Assembly (NCBI GenBank): GCA_963675595.2
Contig: CAXXLZ010000002.1
Span: forward strand, 1,984,001-2,048,000
Reading direction: 5' to 3'
From: Thermodesulfobacteriota bacterium
Lineage (GTDB): Bacteria > Desulfobacterota > Desulfarculia > JACQYL01
Length of the DNA stretch: 64,000 nucleotides
Shown one piece after another: positions 1 through 10,414 of the stretch. The notes under the pieces are model-generated. The model was not told where the DNA came from. It ran no database searches and worked only from the letters and a program-made list of their open reading frames with translations. Every line of letters starts with the position of its first letter. Positions within the stretch are counted from its first letter, which is position 1. Made by a program: the position numbers and the translations under genes.

Positions 1-147
1 TTCAGGCAGGTTGCGGTCTCGATTCCAGCCGTCGATCCCTGCTTCCTTTAGTATTTCGCACGAGCGTATACGATATGAGGAGATTCCAACGGGGACGGTA
101 TTAGAGAACTCTGCGACGAGCGGTTGTTTGTCTCCGAGTACCCGTCG

Positions 148-429
148 CTATTTTTCTTCCTGCAAAGCTTTGGCAGCGTCAATGCGCTCCACGATACGGT
201 CGATTCTAGAGGGAGGCGGAGCCTCGAAGCAGGCTTTCCATTCGTCGGGCGAGATCAGTCGCTGGAGCACCATGGCGACGGGGAATATCGGGGCCCAGCA
301 ATCGAGGGTCCTGCGACACGGCAAAGACCGGGACTCCTTTCGGCAGTAGCCGAACGAAACCTGATGCCCCAATTTTCGACAACGGATTTCAAGTCCATCC
401 AACGTGTCTATCGCTTTGTCAAAGTCCAC
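148..429 (-). CDS. Small Cys-containing hypothetical protein
   Basis: C-terminal part of the 148..672 ORF looks protein-like (IRCRKLGHQVSFGYCRKE...LPCRRTLDCW). In-frame GTG at 429 is preceded by AGGAA; the longer 5' extension overlaps trpB2 and is doubtful. Confidence 0.6.
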   Translation of the reverse strand: MDFDKAIDTLDGLEIRCRKLGHQVSFGYCRKESRSLPCRRTLDCWAPIFPVAMVLQRLISPDEWKACFEAPPPSRIDRIVERIDAAKALQEEK

Positions 430-571
430 GGTTCCTACCGACCTTATCCCTTCAGGGTTTGTCGCGTTGGAACCCGTCTTTTCCTGCAACGGGTTCCGAC
501 AACCGTTACGACTTTCCGGAAGGGAGTTCCCCCGATGACGGGGAAACTCCGGAGTGAAAGTCGGTGTTTGA

Positions 572-1936
572 TTATTCGATGGGAGGAAAGTTCTTGATGG
601 CGGCCAGAGCCCGCTGGATTTCCTCTTCAGGCAGCTTGTGGTCTGTAAGTTTGCCGGAAAAGTAGGCGTCATAAGCCATCAAGTCGATTATGCCGTGACC
701 GCTCCAGTTAACCAGGATCACCTTCTCCTTGCCTTCCTCTTTGGCTTCCCGGGCGATTTCCGCGACGCACGCCAAGGCATGGTTGGTTTCCGGCGCGGGG
801 ATGAATCCCTCGGTCCGAGCCCAGTTCACACCCGTTTCAAAGGTGACCAGATTGTCGTAGGCCCTGGGCTCGATCAACTTCTCATGCACAAGGTGACTCA
901 CGATGGGCGCCATGGCATGGTAGCGCAGCCCCCCGGCGTGAATCGGCGCAGGCACGAAGTCGTGTCCCAGGGTGTACATGGGCAGCAATGGAGTCGTCTG
1001 AAGCGTATCTCCAAAGTCGTAGGCAAAGGGCCCACGGGTCATGGTCGGACAGCTCGTAGGCTCCGCGCCGATGATGCGCACGTCCTTGCCTTCGATCTTG
1101 TCTTTGACGAAGGGCAGGCACAGACCGGCAAAGTTGCTGCCGCCGCCCGCACAACCGATGACCACATCGGGATACTCACCGGCGAGCTGCATTTGTTTCT
1201 GCGCTTCCAGACCTATAATGGTCTGGTGCAGCAACACATGATTGAGCACGCTGCCCAGGGAATATTTGGAATTGCCGCTCGTAACGGCGTCTTCGATCGC
1301 TTCACTGATGGCGATACCCAAGCTGCCGGGACAATCCGGATCCTTGGCCAGAATCTTCTTCCCGGCTTCGGTTTCGGTGCTGGGACTCGGCACGCAATTG
1401 GCCCCCCAGGTCTGCATCATCAGACGCCGATAGGGCTTCTGATTGAAGCTCACCTTCACCATGAACACTTTGCACTCGATCCCGAAGAACCCGCACGCAA
1501 AAGCGAGCGCGCTTCCCCACTGACCGGCTCCGGTTTCCGTGGTGATCCGTTTGGTACCGGCCTGCTTGTTGTAATAGGCTTGGGCCACGGCCGTGTTGGG
1601 CTTGTGCGAACCGGGAGGGCTCACGCCTTCGTTCTTGTAATAGACCCGAACGGGAGCATCGAGCCACTTTTCAAAATTGACGGCACGGTAAAGCGGACTC
1701 GGACGCCAGATCCGGTAAATCCCCAGCACCTCCTCGGGGATGGAGATCCATGAGTCGGGACTCACTTCCTGTTCGATCAGATTCATGGGGAAAATCGCCG
1801 CCAAATCCTCGGGTCCCACGGGCTGACCCGTTCCCGGATGCAGAGGCGGCTTCATCGGCGTGGGTAAATCCGGCAAAATATTGTACCATTGGGTGGGCAT
1901 GTCGGATTCGTTCAACAGGTATTTGACTTGCTGCAT
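572..1936 (-). CDS. trpB2: TrpB-like PLP enzyme (tryptophan synthase beta chain, TrpB2 type)
   Basis: 454 aa with [11 protein letters not shown]-lysine motif, [20 protein letters not shown] and [10 protein letters not shown]. The long N-terminus is typical of TrpB2; AGGAGG RBS; no adjacent trpA. Confidence 0.95.
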   Translation of the reverse strand: MQQVKYLLNESDMPTQWYNILPDLPTPMKPPLHPGTGQPVGPEDLAAIFPMNLIEQEVSPDSWISIPEEVLGIYRIWRPSPLYRAVNFEKWLDAPVRVYYKNEGVSPPGSHKPNTAVAQAYYNKQAGTKRITTETGAGQWGSALAFACGFFGIECKVFMVKVSFNQKPYRRLMMQTWGANCVPSPSTETEAGKKILAKDPDCPGSLGIAISEAIEDAVTSGNSKYSLGSVLNHVLLHQTIIGLEAQKQMQLAGEYPDVVIGCAGGGSNFAGLCLPFVKDKIEGKDVRIIGAEPTSCPTMTRGPFAYDFGDTLQTTPLLPMYTLGHDFVPAPIHAGGLRYHAMAPIVSHLVHEKLIEPRAYDNLVTFETGVNWARTEGFIPAPETNHALACVAEIAREAKEEGKEKVILVNWSGHGIIDLMAYDAYFSGKLTDHKLPEEEIQRALAAIKNFPPIE

Positions 1937-2042
1937 AGAATCTCCTCCTTGTTCGTTCTTATCCCCCCGAGAAGAACGTGGGTCGATGACCGTTCATCCT
2001 TCGGACCGGCCGGGTTCCTTTTCACTTTCTTCATCGGAAATA

Positions 2043-3191
2043 TCAGATTCCCCCGACGGAACCGCTTCCGTTCCGCACACCGAAAAAGATGCATGGAATT
2101 TGAAAGGAAGTCGGAACCTTTGAGGCCTTTCCCAGGGTTCCGGAGCCGGTCGGCAGAAACTTCCCGAAAGCCGAACCTTCCACGAGCCTGAGACTCATGT
2201 GCAGGATCAAACGGGCGTCTTCTCGAACCGGTATCCCCTCTTGTCTCCATATTCGTTCTAGAGCCTCACGGGCCTCGTACACACCAAGGCGAAGAGATTC
2301 CCGATTCCGGCCGTCGATCGTCCGGGACGCGGCGCCCGCTTCGGACGAGACTCCCTCGAACAAACCTTTCCAAACCCCATCAGCGTCCGCCGCTTTGTCC
2401 ATATAGGAAATCAGTGTCGAAGAGTCGGGAAAAGGAAATTGGGAAGAAACGATCTCTTCCGCTTCGCACCGATCAAGCAATTGTAGTATCACGTCCTCGC
2501 GATCGGTGACCAGACAATCCCCCGGCACCGCTTGGTAAAAAAAGTCCCAGGCGGAAAGCTCCAAAACGACGTTCTCGGGCGACTCCTCATCCCTTTGGAC
2601 AAAATCGGATTCCCACGGAAGGGGATAAGCTCCCGCCCCGCCTCTGTCCGAAGATTCTCCTTCGCCTATCTCCACTCCCGGTTCCTCGACATCTTCGGAT
2701 GTGCCGAAAAGCGATTTGAGGGAAGATTCACGAAGGTCCACTTCATCCATCAAGGAGCGGCTTTCCGAACGGATTTGCGCAAGCCGCCTAGCCCAATGAA
2801 GTACAAGGGTTTGGGCCAATCCGGTCTTGCCCGCTCCCTCTTCGCCTTCCGTCCCGTAGGATTTGATCTCACGCAGCAAAGAGGCGGACGTTTCGGAACC
2901 CGCCGCTCCTTCCTGCAATAAAGTCTTCAGAGTGGCTAAATCCACCTTGTCCAGAGTACGGGCCCATGTTTCCCAGTCGGTCAGCAGCCTTCGAACTTCC
3001 TTTTCGGAAATCCCGGGTGCGGAGTGAAGGATAATGGAGCCCGCCTCTTGCATGGTGTTCAGGAACGCATGGGGCGGCTCCCCGGGTGCGGGAAAAAGAT
3101 GAATCGGCCCAAGTAGCAGTGACAGACAACGACATGCGACTTCATCCCTTGGACAGTCGGGAAAATAAACCAAGCGGTTTGGGGATTCCAT
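2043..3191 (-). CDS. Hypothetical protein
   Basis: 382-aa ORF filling the gap between trpB2 and the dnaA upstream region; no motif recognised. Confidence 0.65.
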   Translation of the reverse strand: MESPNRLVYFPDCPRDEVACRCLSLLLGPIHLFPAPGEPPHAFLNTMQEAGSIILHSAPGISEKEVRRLLTDWETWARTLDKVDLATLKTLLQEGAAGSETSASLLREIKSYGTEGEEGAGKTGLAQTLVLHWARRLAQIRSESRSLMDEVDLRESSLKSLFGTSEDVEEPGVEIGEGESSDRGGAGAYPLPWESDFVQRDEESPENVVLELSAWDFFYQAVPGDCLVTDREDVILQLLDRCEAEEIVSSQFPFPDSSTLISYMDKAADADGVWKGLFEGVSSEAGAASRTIDGRNRESLRLGVYEAREALERIWRQEGIPVREDARLILHMSLRLVEGSAFGKFLPTGSGTLGKASKVPTSFQIPCIFFGVRNGSGSVGGI

Positions 3192-3665
3192 GTTGAAACC
3201 TGCGGCAAGATTTGAGTAGGTGAAGCGTTTTGCTGTCGCTTTCTCTTTAACAAACAGCCTTCATGAAGGCAAAAGAATTCTGAAACGCGCACGTATGGAA
3301 TCCCTTGCGAATCTCCGCCGGTCCGCGAGGAGACAGGCCCGCGGAATCCAAGTGTTTAATTTCACAAGGCAATGAATTGAACCGTGGTTTCGCCCGGATA
3401 GAGCTGATCCCCCACGGACCATACAAAAAATACGAAGAATTGGCAGATATGTTGACCTAATTTGAGATTTGGAAAATTGACGAGTTTTTGACAATTGTTC
3501 GGACGTTACAAACACCCCGAAAATCGGGGGGGATCAAGGAGACGGGAAAAACCGCGTCGTTTCAGGAGAGACAGGCGTACGCAAAACCTTACAATAATAA
3601 TATCAATAAGTTACAATTTGTGCAATTCTCCCGGCACCGTCCACTTCCATCGCACGTAACCGCGT

Positions 3666-3693
3666 TTGACAAAAATCCGCAATTCTCTATACT
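3666..3693 (+). promoter_or_regulatory. Sigma70-type promoter upstream of dnaA
   Basis: TTGACA (3666-3671), 16 bp, TATACT (3688-3693) in an AT-richer intergenic region about 115 bp before the dnaA ATG. Confidence 0.65.
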
Positions 3694-3807
3694 CGGACCA
3701 TCACTTCGAAGGGTCCACTCCTTTGTAACAATATTTGGCTAAAATCGCCGTCAGTTGGTTGCTTTCCGCAAAGTGGTCGTTTTTTCACTGCAAAGGACCA
3801 GTCCGTC

Positions 3808-5187
3808 ATGGAAAAGACATGGGATGAGGTGAAGCACCGTCTTCAAACTCGGATTCCCGCCCAGCCCTACAAAATTTGGATCGAGCCCATGAGGTTTCTT
3901 CATTTTTCCGAAGGGATCGTGGCGCTAGGGTGTCCAAACAAATTTTTTGTAAATTGGATCCGGGACAACTACCTGTCCGCTTTGATCCGCGAAATGGAGG
4001 AACTGACCTCATCCCCCGTCGACATTGCGCTCGAAGTGGAACGAACCCGGGACACGACCACCATACAGGTCACGGAAGAGAAACAACTGGCGCTCCCTTC
4101 CCTGACCGATCCGGCCTTCCGGATTCCCAGGTTCAATCCGGCCTTCACCTTCGACCAGTTCGTTACGGGCAGGAACAACCACTTCGCTTTCAGTGCGGCT
4201 CGAGAGATCGCCAGACAAAATGGAAGCAATCACGACTTCGTCTACTTCCTTTCGAAACCCGGTTTGGGAAAAAGTCACCTTTGCCAGGCCATCGGAACGG
4301 AAGTCCTCGATCAGAACGGGGCGTGTCGGCTTCTCTATCTCACCATTGAAGACTTCATCAACGAAATGGTCCAATGCCTGAAGAACAAGCGCATGGACTT
4401 CTTCAAGGACAAGTATCGCAAGGCATGTGACGTCCTCCTCCTGGAAGAGGTGCATTATCTGGGCGGCAAAGAAAAAACTCAGGATGAACTCGCCTTCACC
4501 CTGGACTCCCTGTTGAACATGAAGAAGAAGGTGGTCCTGACCAGTTCCAAGCTACCTCGTGAAATTCGGAACCTGCAGGGAAGCCTTCACTCCAGGCTGA
4601 GTTCCAGTCTCATTGTGAAAATCGACCCGCCGGATTTCGAAACTCGCGTCAAGATACTGGAGAAGAAAGCCAGAGCCTTCAAGATTCCCGTGTCCCGCGA
4701 AATCATCGAGTTCCTGTCGGAGCATATTCGGGACGACGTAAGGCAGCTGGAGAGCAGCCTTATCTGCCTGAATGCCCGGTCGACCATGGGCGGCGTTCCC
4801 CTCAACATGGACTTGGCCAGAGAGGTGGTACGCGGTTTCGTGGAGCACAAGAAACATCTGACCATGGAAGAGATCCAGGAATTTGTGGCGAGTCAATTCA
4901 AGCTCGACGTGAACGACATCCGTTCCAAGTCGCGCAAGGCGAACGTGGTTCTCTCCCGATCCATCGCCATGCATCTCTGCCGCAAATATACGGAACATAC
5001 GTTGGAGTCCGTGGGCAGGGCGTTCAGTCGCAATCATACCAGCGTGCTCTACGCAATCGGTTCCCTCGAAAAGAAGATGCGCCGGAACCAAAAGACCAAG
5101 GATCAGGTCCAACACCTCGAAGGCCGAATCGAACGCATGCTCTTCTCCTGCGATCCCACTCCCCGTTCCCAGACAATGAGAGACTGA
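3808..5187 (+). CDS. dnaA: Chromosomal replication initiator DnaA (probably a second, divergent paralogue)
   Basis: Domain I (WIEPM, CPNKF), FTFDQFVTG, Walker A PGLGKSH, KEKTQDE, SRL box VII, DVRQLE sensor II and domain IV RSIAMHL...RNHTSV. Confidence 0.93.
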   Translation: MEKTWDEVKHRLQTRIPAQPYKIWIEPMRFLHFSEGIVALGCPNKFFVNWIRDNYLSALIREMEELTSSPVDIALEVERTRDTTTIQVTEEKQLALPSLTDPAFRIPRFNPAFTFDQFVTGRNNHFAFSAAREIARQNGSNHDFVYFLSKPGLGKSHLCQAIGTEVLDQNGACRLLYLTIEDFINEMVQCLKNKRMDFFKDKYRKACDVLLLEEVHYLGGKEKTQDELAFTLDSLLNMKKKVVLTSSKLPREIRNLQGSLHSRLSSSLIVKIDPPDFETRVKILEKKARAFKIPVSREIIEFLSEHIRDDVRQLESSLICLNARSTMGGVPLNMDLAREVVRGFVEHKKHLTMEEIQEFVASQFKLDVNDIRSKSRKANVVLSRSIAMHLCRKYTEHTLESVGRAFSRNHTSVLYAIGSLEKKMRRNQKTKDQVQHLEGRIERMLFSCDPTPRSQTMRD

Positions 5188-5877
5188 TCCTGATTCCGCA
5201 ACATGCCGAAGCCTCGGTTCAACCAACCGAAACCGCGAAAAAACCCAAACAAAGGACATGATCGATCGCCGCCTCGCCCCAAGCCCTTCAGAGGGTAACC
5301 GGAGAACTTCCTCCTCGTGAAAGTTCGCCGAGTACCCCCTGAGCGCTGAAGGAAAGATGTCCTAATCCCGTGCCGTTGTGCACGATCATCGCGTTGCCGA
5401 GGCAAACGGCGTTGACGGAAAGGCCCCCGAGGCCGGTCGGCGTGAAGAATGAAGCGTACGCAACGTACTCGCAGCTCAGAGGCGGAGATTCGCGCGCCTC
5501 AACTCGCCCCCCCTACTCGGAAGGACCGAGAAGATTCCATTCCCAATCCCTCCACGCCCATTTCGCTTGTCGGATTTCGGATCAATGAAGAAGACGTCTG
5601 CTCGAAAGAAGTTGACAAGGATGTCCAGATTTCATCAACTTCCCTTATCATGAAGACCCTTGAATCCGAGAGGCGAGCCCCTATCCTTTGGACGAAGAAT
5701 GCGTCAATCCGGCGGATTTCTCCAGAGCCTCTCGCGTTGAACCAAGATGCGGGGATTACGATCTTCCCGCCGACGCGTTCATCGATTCATCAACCTTCGA
5801 TCTTCATCGGTCGCCCGGCCGGCGCAGTCTCGTAACATATCACCATCACTGTAGAATCTACGAAGAAGGATAACGTC

Positions 5878-8800
5878 GTGAACCGCAGTACCGACCGCAG
5901 GCGCCCTCGGCAGGCAGTCGGCGCATTGACCGCCGTGCTCCTATGCATCGTCATGATCGGCTTTTGCGGGGCGGCCGCTCCGGCGGCACAGGAACCGAAA
6001 ACGGCCAAGCCTCCCATCCTTTCCGCCGCTGAAATCAACTACCCGCCGTTTTCCCTTGCGGACCCTCAGGAACGAGCGGACGGCTTCTCCGTTGAGCTGC
6101 TCCGCGCCGCTTTAGCCGCCGTGGGACGCGATGTGGTTTTCCGTCTGGGAACCTGGGCTGAAGTCCGGGGACTGCTCGAGCGAGGAGAGGTGCAGGCCCT
6201 GCCCCTGGTGGGGCGTAATCCCGAACGCGAACCCCTGTTCGATTTTACATTCCCTTACATGACCCTTCACGGCGCGCTGGTCGTGCGTTCCGGCACGTCG
6301 GACATTCACAGTCTGGATGATCTGAGAGGACGCACCGTGGCGGTCATGAAAGGAGACAACGCCGAAGAATTCCTGCGGCGAGAAGACCGCGGCATCAAGA
6401 TCTTCACCACCCCGACTTTCGAGGATGCCCTGTATCAGCTTTCCGGCGGTCTCCACGACGCAGTGGTGATTCAGCGGCTCGTGGCGGTTCGACTGCTTGA
6501 GGAAACGGGGCTTCCCAACATCAGCATTGTCAAACAACCCATCGAAGGATTCCGGCAGGATTTCTGCTTCGCCGTGAAGGAAGGCGACAAAGCAACCTTG
6601 GCCCTGCTCAATGAGGGGCTCGCCCTGGTAGTGGCCGACGGAACCTACAGGCACCTGCACGCCAAATGGTTCGCCTCCCTGGAACTGCCGTCGAATCGAC
6701 GCATTGTGATCGGTGGAGATCACAACTATCCGCCTTTTGAGTACCTTGACGAACACGGAGAACCCACCGGCTACAACGTGGACCTGACGCGCGCCATCGC
6801 GAAAGAACTGGGCCTGAACGTCGACATTCGACTGGGTCCGTGGGTGAAAATTCGAGACGCTTTGGCGGCGGGAGACATCGATGCGCTTCAAGGAATGTTC
6901 TATTCACCTGAACGGGATTTGACCTTCGACTTCACCCCTCCGCACACGGTGAATCACTGCGTGGCGGTGGTGCGCAAGAGTGCGGGTCCGCCTCCCACCA
7001 ACATGGATGAACTAGCCGGTAAAAGCATCGTGGTGGAGAAGGGCGATATCATGCACGAGTTCGCACTGGAAAACCGGCTCGGGAAACAGATATCGGCCGT
7101 TGATTCACAAGAAGATGCTTTGCGTGAACTGGTCGAGGGAAAACACGATTGCGCCCTTGTGTCGCGCTTGACCGCCCTGTATTGGATCGAGAAACGCCAA
7201 TGGAACAACCTGGTTGTGGGCAAGCGTCCGTTCCTCTCTCCCGACTACTGTTACGCCGTTCCCAACAACCACAAAGCTTTACTGGCTCAATTCTCAGAAG
7301 GAATGAAGATTCTGGAGGAAAACGGCGATTATCAACGTATCCAGAAGAAATGGCTGGGCGTATACGAGGATTTCCCAACGGATATGAAGGCCTTCTTCCG
7401 CTACGTGGTCATGGGCGTGCTCATTCTGCTTCCGATCCTGGTCGCCGCTTTCCTCTGGTCCTGGTCGTTGCGCAAACAAGTGGGGCTTCGAACGGAAGAA
7501 TTACGAAAAAGCGAAGAGATGCAGAGGTCCATGGTCGCGTGTTCGCCCGTGGCGCTTTTCAGCATTACCCCCTACGGAACCGTTCAGACATGGAATGCCT
7601 CGGCCGAACGGGTCTTCGGCTGGACGGCGGATGAAGTCATGGGCAAACCCCTCCCATTCGTGCCTGAAGATAAGCAGGAGGAGTCCGCCGGAATACGCCG
7701 CCGATTGGCGAGCGGTGAGGTTCTATCAGGCATGGAACTGATCCGAAGGAAGAAGGACGGTTCCCTCTTTCACGCTTCCCTATCCGCCGCCCCCATTTAT
7801 GACGCCAAGGGAAAGACTTCGGGCATCATGAGCACCATGGAGGACATCACGGATCGCAAACAGGCGGAAGATGCGATCCGAGAAAGCGAAGAGCGATATC
7901 GTCTGCTTGCGGACAACACCCTCGACGTAATCTGGGTTATGAATACGGACCTCGAGTTCTCTTACGTCAATCCGTCGGTCTTTACTCTCACGGGCTACAC
8001 CCCTGAGGAATGGATCGGAACTCGGCTGCAGGATCACTGCGATGCGGAGAATTTTGGCAAGATGGCCCGGATTATTGCAAATGACTTGGCCATTGGTTCG
8101 GAAAGCGCGGGAGTCATTTTTGAAGCCGCCATGCTGAAGAAGAGCGGAGAACCCATTCCAGTGGAAATCCACGGCAAGGTGATTTACGGGGACGACGGCC
8201 GACCCGTTCATCTTCAGGGCACCACCCGGGATATTACCGAACGGAAACGCGCGGAGGAGGCATTGAGACAGAAGCAGGCCATGCTTTCGCGCACCGAAGC
8301 CATCGCCCATATCGGGAGCTGGGAATGGGACGTGCCCACCGACACGGTCACGTGGTCCGATGAGCTTTTCCGGATATTTCAGCTCGACCCGACCGAAGGA
8401 GCACCTCCATTCGCTCGGCACCCCGAGTTCTACCATCCCGACGACTACGAACGTTTGCTTCGGGCCGTGGATTCCGCCGTCAATGAAGGAACACCCTACC
8501 ACTTGGAGCTGCGTGGGCTGCGATCGGACGGAAGCATCCGTCACTGCCTGGCCCGAGGCTATCCGGACAAAGAAATCGACGGGCGAGTCAACCGCTTGTT
8601 CGGTTCGCTTCAGGACATCACCGAGATCAAGCGCGCACAGGAACGTATCGAACACCTCAACAAGGTGCTGCAGGCCATCCGCAACGTGAATCAGTTGATC
8701 GTCCGTGAGAGGGATCGCGACACATTGATCCGTGAGGCCTGCCGTTTGCTGGTGGACCATCGTGGTTACACTTCTTCCGTAATCATCCTGACGGACGGAG

Positions 8801-10332
8801 AGGACCGACCCGTCTTCTGGGTCGAAGCCGGCATGGGAGCCGCGTTGGAGCCGCTCAATGCCCTGCTCGAAAGCGGCGAACTGCCGCCCTGCTGTAATCT
8901 CGCCCGGTCTCGCGAAATTGTAGCCTTGACCGTAAGAGAGCGCTCGGCCTGTGACTCCTGCCCCGTCGCACCCGTTTGCCCCGGAGAAGACTCCATGTGC
9001 ATGCGCCTGGTGAACGACGGCGCGGCTTTCGGTTACTTCGCCGTTGTCTTGGAGCAGGGCTCCGTGGCGGACGTGGAAGAGCAATCCCTGTTCGCCGAAA
9101 CCGCCGGGGATATCGCTTATGCGCTGCGCGTCCTACAAACGGATGAAGCTCACAGAGAAATCGAACGAGAGCATCAATCACTGCAGAACCGGATGCTCCA
9201 GGGGCAGAAGATGGAATCCGTCGGCCGATTGGCCGGAGGAGTCGCACACGATTACAACAACATGCTGAACGTCATAATCGGCTATGCGGAACTGGCCATA
9301 GACAAATTGGGTCCGGACGATCCTCTTTATGGGGATCTGAAGGAAATCCTCAATGCCGCCGCTCGTTCCACTCAAATCACGAGGCAGTTGCTCGCCTTTG
9401 CGCGCAAACAGACCATCAGTCCCAAAGTCCTGGACCTTAACGAGACCGTTGAGGGTATGCTCAAGATGTTGAGGCGACTCATCGGCGAAGACGTAGACCT
9501 GGCCTGGCTGCCCAAGGCCCGCTCATGGCGGGTCAAAATGGATCCCGCCCAGATCGATCAGATTCTGGCCAATTTGTGCGTCAACGCCCGCGATGCCATC
9601 GGAGGAGTAGGAAAAATCACCATTGAAACCGACAACGTTTCCTTTGACGAAGCATCCTGCGCCGAACAAGAGGGTTTCGCTCCGGGGGATTTTGTCATGT
9701 TGGCCGTGACCGACGACGGGTGCGGCATGGATGCGGAAACTCTCGACGCGATATTTGAACCGTTCTTCACTACAAAGGACACCAGCCGCGGCACCGGTTT
9801 GGGCCTGGCCACCGTTTACGGCATCGTCAACCAGAACAACGGCTTCGTCAATGTATACAGTGAGCCGGGAAAAGGCACGATTTTCAAAATATATCTACCA
9901 CGCCACGAGGGTGCGGCGGATGAAATCAACCAGGAACCTCGCAAAGAAATTCCCCTGAGCCGCGGCGAAACGGTCCTTTTGGTGGAGGACGAGCCGGGCA
10001 TCATGAAAATGGGTTGGATGATGCTGGAGAAGCTGGGCTACCGGGTGCTGGCGGCCGGCACGCCCAACGAGGCCTTACGGTTCGCCGAAGAGCAAGCGGA
10101 CGGCATCGATTTGCTCATCACGGACGTGGTCATGCCGGAAATGAACGGGCGAGACCTCGCCGATCAACTACACACGCTGTATCCGGACATCAGGACTCTC
10201 TTCATGTCCGGCTACACGGCCGACGTCATCGCCCACCGAGGCGTGCTCGAGGAAGGCGTGAATTTCATGCAGAAGCCTTTCTCCATGAAAGACTTGGCAT
10301 CGCACGTCAGGGCGGCGCTGGATGGGAATTGA
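5878..10332 (+). CDS. Hybrid sensor histidine kinase: 2 periplasmic SBP (PBPb) domains, TM, 3 PAS, GAF, HisKA, HATPase, REC
   Basis: Signal peptide; NYPPF motif twice; PAS/PAC ends (DITDRK, DITERK, DITEIK); H-box AGGVAHDYNN; N-box NLCVNARDA; GTGLGLATV; receiver LLITDVVMP and KPF. Confidence 0.93.
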   Translation: MNRSTDRRRPRQAVGALTAVLLCIVMIGFCGAAAPAAQEPKTAKPPILSAAEINYPPFSLADPQERADGFSVELLRAALAAVGRDVVFRLGTWAEVRGLLERGEVQALPLVGRNPEREPLFDFTFPYMTLHGALVVRSGTSDIHSLDDLRGRTVAVMKGDNAEEFLRREDRGIKIFTTPTFEDALYQLSGGLHDAVVIQRLVAVRLLEETGLPNISIVKQPIEGFRQDFCFAVKEGDKATLALLNEGLALVVADGTYRHLHAKWFASLELPSNRRIVIGGDHNYPPFEYLDEHGEPTGYNVDLTRAIAKELGLNVDIRLGPWVKIRDALAAGDIDALQGMFYSPERDLTFDFTPPHTVNHCVAVVRKSAGPPPTNMDELAGKSIVVEKGDIMHEFALENRLGKQISAVDSQEDALRELVEGKHDCALVSRLTALYWIEKRQWNNLVVGKRPFLSPDYCYAVPNNHKALLAQFSEGMKILEENGDYQRIQKKWLGVYEDFPTDMKAFFRYVVMGVLILLPILVAAFLWSWSLRKQVGLRTEELRKSEEMQRSMVACSPVALFSITPYGTVQTWNASAERVFGWTADEVMGKPLPFVPEDKQEESAGIRRRLASGEVLSGMELIRRKKDGSLFHASLSAAPIYDAKGKTSGIMSTMEDITDRKQAEDAIRESEERYRLLADNTLDVIWVMNTDLEFSYVNPSVFTLTGYTPEEWIGTRLQDHCDAENFGKMARIIANDLAIGSESAGVIFEAAMLKKSGEPIPVEIHGKVIYGDDGRPVHLQGTTRDITERKRAEEALRQKQAMLSRTEAIAHIGSWEWDVPTDTVTWSDELFRIFQLDPTEGAPPFARHPEFYHPDDYERLLRAVDSAVNEGTPYHLELRGLRSDGSIRHCLARGYPDKEIDGRVNRLFGSLQDITEIKRAQERIEHLNKVLQAIRNVNQLIVRERDRDTLIREACRLLVDHRGYTSSVIILTDGEDRPVFWVEAGMGAALEPLNALLESGELPPCCNLARSREIVALTVRERSACDSCPVAPVCPGEDSMCMRLVNDGAAFGYFAVVLEQGSVADVEEQSLFAETAGDIAYALRVLQTDEAHREIEREHQSLQNRMLQGQKMESVGRLAGGVAHDYNNMLNVIIGYAELAIDKLGPDDPLYGDLKEILNAAARSTQITRQLLAFARKQTISPKVLDLNETVEGMLKMLRRLIGEDVDLAWLPKARSWRVKMDPAQIDQILANLCVNARDAIGGVGKITIETDNVSFDEASCAEQEGFAPGDFVMLAVTDDGCGMDAETLDAIFEPFFTTKDTSRGTGLGLATVYGIVNQNNGFVNVYSEPGKGTIFKIYLPRHEGAADEINQEPRKEIPLSRGETVLLVEDEPGIMKMGWMMLEKLGYRVLAAGTPNEALRFAEEQADGIDLLITDVVMPEMNGRDLADQLHTLYPDIRTLFMSGYTADVIAHRGVLEEGVNFMQKPFSMKDLASHVRAALDGN

Positions 10333-10414
10333 CGCCCGACCCGGCACATCGGTCGGGCTGCATAATGCAGGCCGGCGTCGGATACCGCAGATCTCCGTCA
10401 ACAACCTTCCACCT

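Noticed and set aside
3192-3807. oriC upstream of dnaA
   Set aside because: The region is AT-richer, but I saw no perfect or clustered DnaA boxes, and dnaN is absent.
5400-5440. c-di-GMP-I riboswitch (GGCAAAC start)
   Set aside because: The required downstream GACGCAAAG and second stem are missing.
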